Source: Phaeosaccion multiseriatum (taxonomy: Eukaryota > Protista > Ochrophyta, other classes). From it: a DNA stretch of 64,000 nucleotides. Positions 9,720 through 22,944 of this stretch are shown one piece after another; position 1 is the first letter of the stretch; the number at the start of each line of letters is the position of its first letter. The stretch covers positions 806,001 to 870,000 of the forward strand of contig OZ218953.1 in NCBI GenBank assembly GCA_965112735.1. Direction: 5' to 3'. The notes under the pieces are model-generated. The model saw only the letters and a list, made by a program, of their open reading frames with translations, was not told the DNA's origin and ran no database searches. The translations under genes were made by a program, and so were the position numbers.

Positions 9720-12700
9720 TCCTCCTGTGGTGCGTGTCTCGCCCTCGAAGAACAAGAAGCGCGCCCACGACAGACACTCCACCAGCACTGCCATTCCGCC
9801 GCAGCTGATGAACATTTGTAGAGTCTCTTCGCTGTTGCGGCACACGGCGGATATAAGGCAAGCAGCCTCTCTGCGGACAGCGCTGACCTGTACGGTGTGG
9901 TGTGTGGTGTGTGGTGTATCCGGCGGTCGGAGAGAGGGGGGGGGGCGAGAAAGAGAGGGAGGGAGGGAGGGAGGGAGGGAGGGAGGGAGAGAGAAAGGAC
10001 ACGGTTCAATTCTGATTGATGGGCACATCAATCAACGCCAAGAGATCGAGATCCATCTTCGAAAGGAGAGATTGGATCCTGTGTGTCGAGTATACGTGTG
10101 TAAGGGATTACGTGTGACTACGTGTGATTACGTATGATTATGTGTGAGCGTGAGTGGAAAGAGCGCTGAACAAAAGCCTTCCGCGCACGATCGCATCCCG
10201 ATGGGAGGATGGCTGGTCTGTCTCCTCCTCCCCCTCTCCTCTTACCTCTGGACGGCTCCTCTCCGCTTCGTCTTTACATGTTGCGAACCCAATCACCTTA
10301 GGTAGGATGCCCAAGAGTGCGAGGTGGGCAAGAGCCCGAGGGTTTCCGTCCACAATGATGTTGATCACTGACATAATGTGCGGAAGAGCGGTGGCCTTCT
10401 CAGCGACACACACACACACACACACAAGGACGCAAACACACACATACAGCATACAGACGAGCTGAGTACAGTAGGATAGGAAGCAACTTATTACATCAAG
10501 AATCGCCTTAACAAGTGAAGTCAAGTTCACTCGTCCGACGCGAATGAGACATGCCATTGTAGAGCATGCAAAACTGCCACCTGCTTGCCCAGCGTCCTTC
10601 CGTCCTTTCACCCTTCCTCCCTACATGTCTTGTACATACGGGCAACACACCTGGCGCACATCTGTGAGCTGTATGATGGGCACAACACCGTTCTCAGCGC
10701 TCATAATGTAGAAGCGGGCCTGTGGACAGCCGTCAATCAAGCCCCGCACCCTCTTGCACGCTTCAATCAAGCCACCAGCAGACTGCAACTCGTGCATTCT
10801 GAGGGAGGGAGGGAGGGAGGGAGGGAGGAAGGAAGGAAGGAAGGGAGGGGGGGAGGGAGGGAGGAGGGAGGGAGCCGGCAAAGAAGGGAGAGATGAGGGA
10901 GGGACTTACCAAGGGCCTCCAGAGTGAGAGAGAGAGAAGATAGAAGAGTTAGGGAGAGAGACACACACAGAGAGAGAGACTCACTTGCACAGTTGGTCGT
11001 GTACTTGGTTGCCCACTCGTGCGTGCATCTCTCGCTCTGCAGCACCCCCCGACTGCTCCTCCCTCTGAAGGTCCGCTTCGAAGTCGTTCTCGAAGGGGTC
11101 GTCAAGCACGTCCTGAGGCGGACATCGACGGAGGGAGGGGGCTGTTGGTCTCACGCTCAATTGTCCACCTCTGAGGGTCAAAGGCTAGACTTCCCACGTG
11201 GTCATTGACTACCTCTCCTTCCCACCCTGCCATAGACTGCCTTCCCTTGCCTACCTGCAGTGCCCTGGTGCTCTGCGCGTGCATCTTCTTTCTAAGCCTG
11301 TCCGCGAGGATGGAGCCCCTGCTCTCGTCTTCATGCTGCCCTTCCCACCTGTGAGGGGAGGGCGGAGGGGGAGGGAGGGAGGGAGGGAGGGAGAGAGGAG
11401 ACGACAATTATGATGATGACTCACCGAACCAACCACCCAATCCAACCCATTCATCCAACCAACCAACCAAGGCAAGCAAGCCCAGTCATCAATCAATCGA
11501 TCAATCGAGTACAACTAAATCGCACCTGCTCCGAGGACTGACAGGACTGACGGTAGGGGCCGAAGCAGCCGCCTTCTGCGGAGACTCGGGTAGTTCGAAA
11601 TCCTCGAAGTCCATATCCAGTCCCTCCTCCACGAAGCGGCTGACGTTGCCCGACGAGTGCAGCTGGGCCTTCGGGCCTACTCTTGCCCCTCCCTGCTGGG
11701 TGCCAGTCCTGGTGCTGCTGTTGCCGCTGCCTGCCCTTTGCAGTGTGAAGGCACTCTGACCGACGCGAGAAGCGGAGCGGCTGCCTAGCCCTTTGTGGGA
11801 GGCGGGTGGGGCAGGTGGAGGAGAAGGGGGAGGGACCTCAGATGGCACCAGATCGCACCATACACACAACACACACACGCACACACACACACGCGCACAC
11901 ACGCATACACCCACACACTCACACTCACACTCACACGCACACTCACCTTTGAATATGTCATCGCTCCAGTCCTCGTCGTCCCACTGACTCGAAAAGTGCT
12001 CCGAAAGAGCCTCCTTGTCATCCGCATTTGCCAGTGAGAGCACGACAGGCCCTTGAGGGGACAGAAGGGATTGCTTACTACCGCGGATGGCCCGCATACT
12101 TCGATTAGGGGGAGAGGGGGAGGGAGGGAGGGAGGGAGGGAGGGAGGGAGGGAGGGTGAGGGAACCACAAAATTTTGCTTTTGGAAGGGTGGGGCAGAGG
12201 GACGGAGAGGCGAGGAGGAAGGGAGCGAGGAAGGGAGGGAGGGAGGCAACGGCCATCTACTCAAGACCACTCTCCGCCAGTGAAGACTCACTGTCTATTT
12301 GCAGCCTCCGAGGAGGGGTTGATGTTGTTGAGTCCTAGCGGAGGCAAGCCGCCCGCCCCCCCTCCTGGTGCTCCTCCTGCTGCTGCCATTGTATCACCAA
12401 CTGCTGCATGTGGTCTCCCACCCTCCGAAGAGCTCCTATCTGCTGCTTTGGTCTCAACCAAGCCCAAGCCGAGCTCCTGGTCCCAGTCTTCTTCATCATC
12501 CTCCCCACCACCACCGCCACCACCTCCTCCTCCTCCTCCTCCTCCTTCTCCTCCTCCTTCTTCTCCTCCTCCTCCTCCTCCTCCTCCTCCTCCTCCTCCT
12601 CCTCCTCCTCCTCCTCCTCCCCCTCCTCCTCCTCCTCCTCCTCCTCCTCCTCGCTGGTCCGAGCCTACACTCGCAACAGTGCCCAGAGACAAAGAATCGA

Positions 12701-14051
12701 TACTCGTGACCCTGCCCAGGGACAGAGAATCGTTGCTCTTGATCCTCCGGACGGCCGGCCCTGCGTCCCAATCTTCGTCGTCGTCATCATCGTCGTCCAG
12801 GGCCCCCTTCATCGCCGCCGCAAAGGCGTCTGTTGCCACTCGTGTCGCTGCGGCTGAGGCTTGGGCATCTCCAGGTGCGATGAATGTCATCTGTGCTTGA
12901 TTAAAGGGATTGAAGGGAGTAAAGGGAGGGGTAATGGGATGAGGATGAGGAGGAGGAGGAGGAGGAGGAGGAGAAGGTGGAGAGGAGGAGGAGGAGGAGG
13001 AGGAGGAGGAGGAGGAGGAGGAGGAGGAGGAGGAGGAGGAGGAGGAGGAGGAGGAGGAGGAGGAGGAGGAGGCGGCGGCGGAGGAGGAGGAGGAGGAAGA
13101 GAAGGAAGAGAAGGAAGAGGAGGAGGAGGAGGAGGAGGAGGAGGAGGAGGAGGAGGAGGAGGAGGAGGAGGAGGAGGAGGAGGAGGGGAGGAGGAGGAGG
13201 AGGAGGAGGAGGAGGAGGAGGAGGAGGAGGAGGAGGAGGAGGATGCGAGAGTTCAAGGAAGGGGCAGAGGGGGTACGGAAGGCACAGCACAGCGGATAGG
13301 GCATGACAAAACACAGACATGTTCACACACACCAACACCAACACCACTATCCACCTACATAACGCACACACACACGCACACTCATACGCACACTCTCACA
13401 CACGCACACACACACGCAACTACACACACAAAGACACACTCGGTCCTCACCTTGCGTGGCCCTGTACTCCTTCCTCCTCCTGCTGCTCCTGCTCCTGCTC
13501 CTCCTCCTCCTCCTGCTCCTCCTCCTCCTGCTCCTCCTCCTCCTCCTCCTCCTCCTCCTCCTCCTCCTCCTCCTCCTCCTCCTCCTCCGCCTCCCCGCTG
13601 CCCCTTGTTATCCCCCTTCCTCCTCTCCTGTTCGATGGCCGCCGCCACTGTTGCCTCAAGTTGATCCTTAAAGTCATCGTCGTCATCCTCCCCGCCTAAG
13701 CCTCCTGCGTCTTCGCAAATCTTGTCCGCCATTTGTGAAAGGTCTCTGGCGTCGCTTTCCGTCAGTTCGTATCTGCAAGCCGGAGAGGGATGGGGGCGGA
13801 GGAGAGGGCGGAGGGCGAGGGAGGGAGGGAGGGAGGGAGGGAGATAGAGTAAGGACAGAGAGAGGTGAGCAAAGTGACAGGGAGAGAGAAAGGGAGGGGA
13901 AGGGAGGTAGGGGTGAGTGACAACGAGAGGGGACAGAAAGATGGATCGAGCAACCCACATAAGGGGACACCAGCACATTCGGGAAGGGGGGAGTTTACTT
14001 CCTCCACCGCTTCCCCTCCATCGCCCCCCACACACGCACCCAAATGCACAT

Positions 14052-14114
<63 letters not shown>

Positions 14115-14775
14115 CTGCGCTGCGGAGAGGTCTCCTGCATGAGCTGCGCGTAAGTGCGTACCGTCTTGAGCACCTGCAGAACAAGAATGAGAAGAACGAG
14201 AAGAAATGGAAGAAGAACAACATGGAATAAATCAGATGCAGAACAAGGGAAGCAAGGGCGCCACCACCATCACCACCACCACCACCACCACCACCACCAT
14301 CACCACCACCACCACCACCACCACCACTACCACCACAAACGCACCTGCTGCCGCCCGACTGATTCCTTGAGCGACGCTGGCCCGTCTTTCTCCCCCTGCC
14401 CACCCCCCCTCCCCTCCTCTCCACCGCCCTCCTTGCCCATGTGCTTGGTATGGAGCTTACTCTGCTGCTTGCTCAGGCTGTTGACCTGTAGGCGGTCATC
14501 ATCCCCCACCTTAATCAGATGGGACTTTGGATCCTTGAGCCAGGGTCGGGTAAGGAGAGTGGCAGCTGGCTTGCGCAGAGCGGGCTCCTTTCGGAAGCAT
14601 TGGAGCATGAACTCCGTCAAGGCAGGGGATACGCCTTTAGGGGTGGTGATGGGAGAGTGCGATTGAGAGATGAATGGGGAGGGAGGGAGGGAGGGAGGGA
14701 GGGAGGGAGGGAGGGAGGGAGTTGAGAGCTTGTAATGGTCCTAGCGAGACATGGGAGCGACAAAGGGGACGCAAT

Positions 14776-14824
<49 letters not shown>

Positions 14825-17800
14825 CCCGCCCTCCCTCCCGCCCTCCCACCCCACCCCACCCCACCCACCCCACTCAAACCCACCCCACCACCACCCCACC
14901 CAACCCCACCCCTGTATCACCAACAGCAACACCTCATCCTCCCTACCTTCGGGTATGGGCGGATGGTCGTCCTGTACAATCTTGTACATTGCTGTGATCT
15001 GCGGAAGGTCGAAGTAAGGAGGCTTGCCTGTGAGCAGCTCGACGATGGTGCACCCAACGCTCCAAATGTCGCAGGCGCTGGTGACCCCAGTCATTTCAAT
15101 AATCTCGGGGGCCATCCAGTACGGGGTGCCCACCACGTCCACCTCATCGCCTTCGCCTTCTCGGTCTGGAGTGGAGGCGTGTGTGCATAGTAGGAGGGGT
15201 ACGAGGGCGAGGGTGAGGACGAGGGTGAGGGCGAGGGTCAGGACGAGTAGTCAAGAGTATGCGCGTGAGTAGAGGATGATCAGTGTATGTAGTAGCATGA
15301 GTACTGACCATGCATACGGAGAAAAATTGTGTGTGCGTGTGAGTAGTGAGTGAGGCACTAGACAGACAGACCAACCTGCTCCACTCCCTCCCCTCCCTCC
15401 CTCCCTCCCTCTCCCTCCCTCCCTCCCTCCCCTCCCTCCCTCCCTCTCCCTCCCTCCCTCTCCCTCCCTCCCTCCGTCCGTCCGTCCGTCCGTCCCTCTC
15501 ACTTGTTGGGTCCCCAAGGTTGAGGGCCACCCCAAAGTCCGCAAGCTTGACGAGCCCGTCCTTGGTAGTGAGTATATTGGCACCCTTAATGTCTCTGTGC
15601 AGCACGCCTTGCTCGTGCAGGTACTTTAGCCCCTCCAGCACCTGGGGAAGCAATGGCCGAAACATTCGATGTTTTAGATCGATCTCGATGGCACATCAAA
15701 GTAGGTCGGTTTGCTTTGTTGGTGGGTCATTCAATCAGTCCATGACTGATTACCACGCCAACGACACACCTCCTCAGAGCCCCCCTCTCACCCCTCTCAC
15801 ACCTCTCAGCATGTGCATGCCCTGGCCAATGAACCTCCCCCCCCCCCCGCCCTCCCCTCCCGTCCCTCCCCTTTGACGAGCCGATTCAAGCAAGCCAGCA
15901 ATCCAGCGACGAGCCAATGAAGTCCAACCCAACTCATCCTATCCTACTCCCTCCATCGCCACACCCCACCCCACCTCACTAGACCCAACACCCATATACT
16001 CCTATACCCGTACCACCTATATACTCCTATACCCGTACCACCTATATACTCATGTACCCGTACCACCTATATACTCCTATATCCGTACCACCTATATACT
16101 CCTATACCCGTACCACCTATATACTCCTATACCCGTACCACCTATATACTCCTATCTCCGTACCACCCATATACCTGCGTCATGTAGATTGCGCAGAGGG
16201 ACTCGGAGAAGCATCCAAACTTCTTGCACATCTCTGCCAGGGAAGACTCCATAATCTCGAGCACGATATAGAGGTAGTGCTCCGTCTGAATGGTGTCTAT
16301 GTACTGATTAGGGGGGGGGGGGGGGGAGGGAGGGAGGGAGGGAGGGACGGAGGGACGGAGGGAGGGAGATGTGAGGAAGAGAGAGAGAGAGCAAGGGACA
16401 AAAACAAAGCTCCATTTCAACCCCATCTGTCAAGGAATGAAAGGAATCCCCGGGTTGGGAGTGCTGCGATCAAGCCAAACGAACGAACGAACGAACGAAC
16501 CTGCACAATGTTGATGTGATTGAGCTTCTTGAGGAGAGTGATCTCGAGCGTGATGGCCGCGAGGGACTCCGCGTCGATATTCGACAGAGCCGTGCGCTTC
16601 ACCGCTACCCAGGCGCCGCGGTCTACATTCAAGGCCTGTGGGTTGGGTTGGGTTGAGTTGGGTTGGTTGGTTGAGTTGAGTTGGGTTAGTTGACTTAAGT
16701 TGGGTTGGGTTGGGTCTGGGTTTACATTTGGGTCGCTTTGAGGGTTCTGAGCTCACATATGCATTCGGTTCTTTCCTCCGATGGGATGAATCAGGAGAGC
16801 CAACGGTGATGAGACAGCCAACGGTGACGAGACAACCGACTACCGCCAACTCACACGCAAAGTACGTCCTTGCTCGCAAAGAGGGACTGAATGGTCGAGC
16901 TCCAACTAACTCGTGAATCAATCCATCCATTCCCGCACACTCCCCCACCACCTCCCTCTACGTGTGCGTGCGTGCGTGCGTGCGTGCGTGCGTGAATACA
17001 TCAACACCCGAGTACTCTCTGCCCATCCGCTGCCATCCTCCCCGGTGCTGTGCTTCACCTGAAAGACGGTCCCGAAGCCTCCCCTGCCGATCTCGTGCCC
17101 CATTTGATAAGTGGCGCTGTCGCTGGACAGGCGATTCTCCTCAGAGCCTAATCCATGAGGGGGGTGGCAGGGGTGGGGTGGTTGGGGGGGCGAGAAGCGA
17201 AGGAAGGACAAAGTGGGTTCTTTTTATCTACTTGTCGTCATTCACATTCTCATTGGTTGGTCGATTGCTTCCCATCTTTTCCTCCTCCGAATTCCCCCCC
17301 CCCCCCCCTCTCTCTGGCAGGCTTAAGGCAGAACTGAACTAAATTGCAGCAAGAGTCTCCTAATGCATTCCCCACCCCCCTCCTCGTCTCGCTCGGCCTG
17401 CCCTCACACATATATCACCACCCCACACTGACCATCCTCACCTGCCGCCGCCTTTCGCCTCCCCTTTCTCTTTGGGGGCTTGCCGTCTTCAACAGCAGCA
17501 GCATCAGATGCACCAGTTGGTGGTACAGCCGCTGCTTCGGGCTGTCCTTCTCCTCGCTCTCGCTTCCGCCCTTGCTCTTCCTGCTCGTTCCCCCCTTGCT
17601 GCTGCCCAGCCGCCGCTGTGGCTGATGTTTCCTTCCCCACCCTCCCATCGACGCTCAACGTCCGTTCTGCTGGCTCTACTGCAGCTGGCTCTACGGCTGC
17701 TGCTGTTGCTGTTGGCTCTGCTTCTTCTACTGCGGTGGCTCCTCCTACCACTTCTAGTGGTGCTGCTACTGCTGCTGTTCCTTTTCCTTCTGCTTCATCT

Positions 17801-17970
17801 CCACCGTCTCCTCCTTCTGGTTGCGCATCGCTCTGGGCCCCAGCCCCCTCCCCCTGGGCGGTTGGGGGATTGGCGTCATCCGTGTGGATACTATTGGGAG
17901 TACTACCAATGCAGGTACTCGCACTGGGCGGGGACACTGACGAGCTCTTCTCGTCGCTGGTGCTGCTCAT
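6482..17970 (-). CDS. Cdc15/Cdc7(Sp)/SepA/MAP3K-epsilon-like Ser/Thr kinase with C-terminal ARM-like region, many exons
   Basis: Exons give [11 protein letters not shown] (~17059-17148), [41 protein letters not shown] (~15503-15641), [41 protein letters not shown], then helical C-terminal exons ending [14 protein letters not shown] at 6482. ATG at 17970 is the likely start. Confidence 0.9.
12948..13243. repeat. (GGA)n/(TCC)n trinucleotide tract in a kinase intron
   Basis: Direct inspection, ~300 bp. Confidence 0.9.
15994..16174. repeat. 25-bp minisatellite (ATATACTCCTATACCCGTACCACCT) x7 starting at an intron 5' splice site
   Basis: Units start at 15994, 16019, 16044, 16069, 16094, 16119 and 16144, head to tail with no spacers. 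Confidence 0.92.
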
Positions 17971-18836
17971 TGGGTGCGTGCACAAAGGCAAGATGTTAAG
18001 ACGACGGAGGAGGAGAGATGTTGGGTGAGGGCGCGAAAGAAGCTCAATAGAGGCGGAGTGGAGTGATGCGGAACATATTCGGCTCTAGCACGATGAGCTC
18101 AGCACTGAGAGGTCGGTGTCCACACCAGCGTTCTTGTAAAGAAGAAAGGGAAGTGGCAACGTACCCTGCCACAGACTGCTTTCCCACGCAGCTGACTTCC
18201 TCCTCCGGGTGCTGCTCCTCCTCCTCCTTCTCCTTCTTTTGCTGCTGCAGCTTCTGCTCCTGCTGCGGGCGCCAGCCTGTGGTAGGTGGAGTAGATCCAT
18301 CAGCCCCCCGTACCGCAGCCCCCGCCCCCGCAGCACCCTGCTGCTGCTCCCGGTGCCTCCAGGGTCGATGCATTTGATTTGGGCTGAGGTTAGGTTTGGG
18401 CTGAGGTTGCACAGCTGTGTCACCCCAGCACCTCTGCTACCCGCTGGGTGCTCATCAGCCCCTCTCCTCCACGGATCTGCTGCTGTCTGTGCCCATGCAG
18501 AGACGCGTAAACAAAACAAGCTCCAAGAGAGAGACAGAGAGATGTTCTGTCCTTCAAACAGCCTTGCTCTGCCTGTAAGGACCGCAGCCGCGTGTACTCG
18601 TCCCCTGGTACGAAAAATTCTACGTCGCACGCCCCTGTACTGCTCCCTGTCTGTGTGGAAAGGAAAGAGGGGGAGATGGGACAGACAGAGGGTGAATAAA
18701 CGATACGATCCGATCCGATCCACAGCGGAATTCGATGGCACCCGATGGCTACCTCCCTCTCTTTCTTTCGATTTGCTCTGCACTCTCTTTAAAAAGGCAC
18801 GATCCACCCAGAGGAAGCAGCAGAAAGAAGGGGAGA

Positions 18837-18980
18837 ATGTTTAGACCTCCACCTCCTTACAGAGGAGGCTCGCTGGGGCAGCATGGTGGGATGCAGCCAC
18901 CACATGGTCGGGGGGGGGGCGGAGGAGGGGGTCAGCAGCACCAGCAGCAACAGCAGCACCAGCAGCAGCAGCAGCATCAG

Positions 18981-19013
<33 letters not shown>

Positions 19014-20452
19014 GGCATGGGCGACAACATGAAGAATGCAATGGGGATCGTTGCAGGAGTAGGTCAGGGCAGCGGGGGTGCTTCACCGGGAGGCATGGTG
19101 CGCAACGCGTCGAGAGCCTTCTCAGAGGCCACATCCAAGGAGTGCGCGGGGCACACCAAGAAGATCGCCTGCTTGGCTTGGAATAGCTCTGGAAGTCGAT
19201 TAGCGTCGGGATCTGATGACCGGAGCATCAAAGTGTGGAGTGTGGACAAGAACGGAGCGGTGAGAGCGACGACACTGAGTGAGAGATTCGCAAGTGGTCC
19301 TCTCTCTATCTCAATCCATCCACACATGTATCGTCTGTCTATCCATCTCTCTCTCTATCTTTCTCTACCTCCGTCGCTTAAGCGTTCCCGCCCCCAACCA
19401 CCTTTGCTTCGCTTCCTAGGGCCGGTGTACGGCCACGTGCACAGGCCACACCGACTCTATCGAACAGATCTGCTGGAACCCTACCAACAACGACGCCTTT
19501 GCAACGGCATCCACAGACAGGAGCGTGCGGATATGGGACGCTCGCTCCGGCAGGCAAACAGCGGTGAGTCAAAGCAAGACCCTCCTTCCGTCGCACCTCC
19601 ATTGGAATGCGGTGGGGTGTCTTCATAGTCTCAATGGTTGGGACTACGGTCTACGACGATCGCGGTGGTCCGTCGCGGGTCAGTCAGCGAGTAGTCACCC
19701 TTTTCCAGACTGATGTACCCAGCCCTGCTCCCCTGCGCGTGTGCAGTAGATGGCAGTAGACGGGTGTCGGTCTGGAACATCTCTCTCTTGCCTAAAAGGA
19801 TGACTCTTACCACGCCTCCCTTCCCTCTCCGCATCATTATAGCCCTTGTATCCATCTGTCGATACTCACTGACATAATATATATACGTACATATTGTCAC
19901 CTCTATTACTCAGGTGCTTCATACAGAAGGGGAGAACATACACCTGGCGTGGAGTCCCAACGGCAAGTACATTGTACTCGGCAACAAGGACGACTGCATG
20001 TTGGTCATCGACGCCAACAAATGGAAGAAGATCAAGAAGGTGCGATGAGGCAGAAGAAGGCCCCTTCTTAAGTTGTTCCTTTGCTTCCATACGTCTCGAA
20101 CAGGGGTGGGTGCCCTGGAGGGGCGAGCGAGGAGCCTCCGATGTGGCGTGTGTTGGGTGGAGGCAGCATAGGCACCAGGCCCTGTGTGTGGGGTGGGCAT
20201 GTGCTTCTTCCCTCTTCTCTTCCCCACCACCACCACCTCCTCCTCCTCCTTCGGCCCCTCCTTCTGCTGCTGCTGCTGCTCATTGTCGATCCTTCCCCCC
20301 CTCCACCCCTCGAAACACTGAATCAATGAATGTGAAGGTCAAGTTCAACTACGAAGTGAACGAGTTCGCATGGTCGCCCAACAGCCAATTCCTCTTCTTC
20401 ACCACCAGTCAGAACGGCTTGGGTGGGCTCGAGGTGCGTGTGTTCATGCGTG

Positions 20453-20506
<54 letters not shown>

Positions 20507-22126
20507 TGCATGCGTGCTTGCCCCCCGGCACTTTGCGACAAGCTAGCCTAGAGATCAGCCTCAACGATCACCGGTATGGAAGGAATGAGTGGAAACGCTT
20601 GTTTGGAATGAATCATCAGTACGTAGCGCCCACCTCTCTCTCACCCGCACTACTTCTACTACTGCTGCTGCTGCTGCTGTCTCCCTCCTGCACCTTCCCT
20701 GCATGCCTATATGCCTGCTTGCCTGCCGGCCTGCCCATATGCCTACCTGTCCACACGTTTCTGCTGGGCAGATCATGCGCTTCGAAGAGGGAAGCATGTC
20801 CAGGACCCGAATGTGCAGAGGTGAGGGAGGGACGGAGGGAGGGACGGAGGGAGGCCAAGTGCCTAGAGGGGAGAGATGGACAGTGTGTGGAGTGTGGAGA
20901 ACGCTCGCTCACTTGAAGACCCCCTCTCCCTGCCCCCGCTACCCCCCCCCTGTCCCTCCTCCTCCTTCTCTTGCTCCTCCTCTGCCGCTGCGCCCAACCA
21001 ACCAACCAAATCAAATCAACCAACAAACCAACCAAACCCTCAACCAAACAAACGAACAAACGAATATAGGCCACACGGCGACGTGCTACACGTTGAGCAT
21101 GGACCCTCTGCAGCGCTACGCAGCCATGGGGTCTGCGGACTCCGTGGTATCGCTGTGGGACCTTGAGGAGCTTGTGTGTGTGCGGACCTTCACACGCCTC
21201 GACTACTCAGTGCAGGTGCGTGTGTGTGCGCGTCTGTGTATGTGTGTGTGCGTGTGTGTGTGCGTGTGTGTGCGTGTGTGTATGTGTGTGTATGCGTGTG
21301 TGTGTGTGTGTGTGTGTGCGCGGTGTGTGTGTGTGTGTGTGTGCGCGCGCACCGTCACACGTCTCGTGTACTCCGTGCAGGTGAGTCTTTGCGTGTGTTA
21401 ATGTGTTGTTGTATGTGTGTGTGTGAGAGAGTGTGTGTACGTGTGTGCGTGCGCACCCTCACGCGCGTCGACTACTCCCTCCTTGCAGGCCATGGGCTTC
21501 AGCTTCGACGGAAAGTACCTTGCCTCCTGCTCGTCCTCTGTTGATACAAGCAGCATCGACATTGTGAGTGGTGTGATGGGGTGGGATGGGGTGGGGTGGC
21601 AGTGGATGGCAGAGGATGGGAGGGAATGGCAGTAGATGGGATGGTAGTGGATGGGATGGCAGTGGATGAAGGCACCGCCAGGAGGGGGGTTTGGGGCGTC
21701 GCAATGCACTCTCGGCTTTGTTGCTTTCTTGCGTGCGTGTAGCTGGTTTGTCGCACCTTTAGACTGGCCCAGGTGCAGCAAGCAGGCTGTGGCACTGAGC
21801 TCTTTTGCTTTGACGCGCCTGTGCGTACTGGTACACCCATGCATAAATGATGTGGCTCGGTCCTATCCCCTCCCCCCTCCCGCTCCTATCTCCTCATGTA
21901 CGCCTGGGTTCCTCTCCCCCCTTCTCCCCTTCCTTACCTTCTTACCTACCCCCAGGCATACGTAGACAGCGCCGATCTGGCCTGCTCCCTCTTCACAGGC
22001 AAGCCGGTGAGTGCGCTGGCGTGGCACCCTTCACAGCTGATGCTCGCCTTCGCAGCGGACGAGAAGGAGCGCGGATACGGCGGTCTGCGCATTACCTCTT
22101 TCAAGGAGAAAAAGCGGACCCAATAG
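18837..22126 (+). CDS. THOC3: THO complex subunit 3 (TEX1), WD40 protein, multi-exon
   Basis: GHTKKIACLAWNSSGSRLASGSDDRSIKVW; GHTDSIEQICWNP..FATASTDRSVRIWDARSG; GENIHLAWSPNG; FNYEVNEFAWS; GHTATCYTLSMDP..AMGSADSVVSLWD; MGFSFDGKYLA; AWHPSQLMLAFAADEK. Motif order matches THOC3/TEX1. Confidence 0.9.
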
Positions 22127-22944
22127 CAGGAACAGGAGCAGGAGGAGGAACAGGAGCAGGAGGCAATCAATGGGGAGGACGAGGGAGGCGTGAAAATGGT
22201 GAAGGGATTGAGACGACGAGAGAGAGAGAGCGCACATCCTCCGCGTGTCGGTGTAGCACGTGCTGGAGAGAGAGAGAGGGAGAACTTCTCTCTCTCACTT
22301 TTCAACTTTTAGTAAGATGAAGGCTGCATCTATGGGGGAAGAGCGGGCACGCGGGGACGCGTTCCGAACTTCTCACAGCGGAGCGTCGCTCGTCTCCTGC
22401 TCCTCGACTGCTACCGCTACTACTACTACTACTGCTGCTGCTACTACTACTACTACTGCCCGTCGTTTAAACGGGGCTGGAGCTGCTTACGGATACGCAA
22501 CATGCAGCCCTAATAGGGGGCGAATGCATAGACAAAGAGGCGCGAAGTGCGTTGTAAGGCTTAATTTAGTTCTTATCCTTTTCACCCCTCCACTGTTTTT
22601 GAAACACTGACAGAAGAACAGACAGAAGTATATACCCTCTTCCTCTGCTGTTCCTCTGTCAGTGTTTTATCGATTCATTGCACATCGGTGGATTGCTCTT
22701 TAACCCTCTCGGGAATGGATCAATATTATATTCCTTCCTCCCTTCTCCCAGTTAAGCTTCTATACTCCCCGCCCCTCCCCTTGTTTCGATACTCCCTGCG
22801 CCGAGAAAATAATCATCACGGACGGGGTCTACCAGCGGTCGGGCCTTGTGCTGGCGTCGTTAGTTCCCCATCTTTTGGGACGATTCAGCTGTCAGAGCAG
22901 CAGCTTGGGCCGACATTGTCTTGGAACGATTCAGCCGTCTCAGC

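Noticed and set aside
9082-10137. 351-aa + strand ORF and similar long antisense ORFs (40227-41441, 46832-48333, 62079-62733)
   Set aside because: Antisense shadows of GC-rich or repeat-rich real exons.
12391-12400. TATCACC resembles a lambda operator half-site
   Set aside because: Only a 7-bp match, no dyad partner, no phage context.
15994-16174. CRISPR-like array
   Set aside because: Units are head to tail with no unique spacers; eukaryotic intron; no cas genes.
6482-17970. Introner-type mobile introns
   Set aside because: Introns share only simple repeats; no common internal sequence or terminal repeats were seen.
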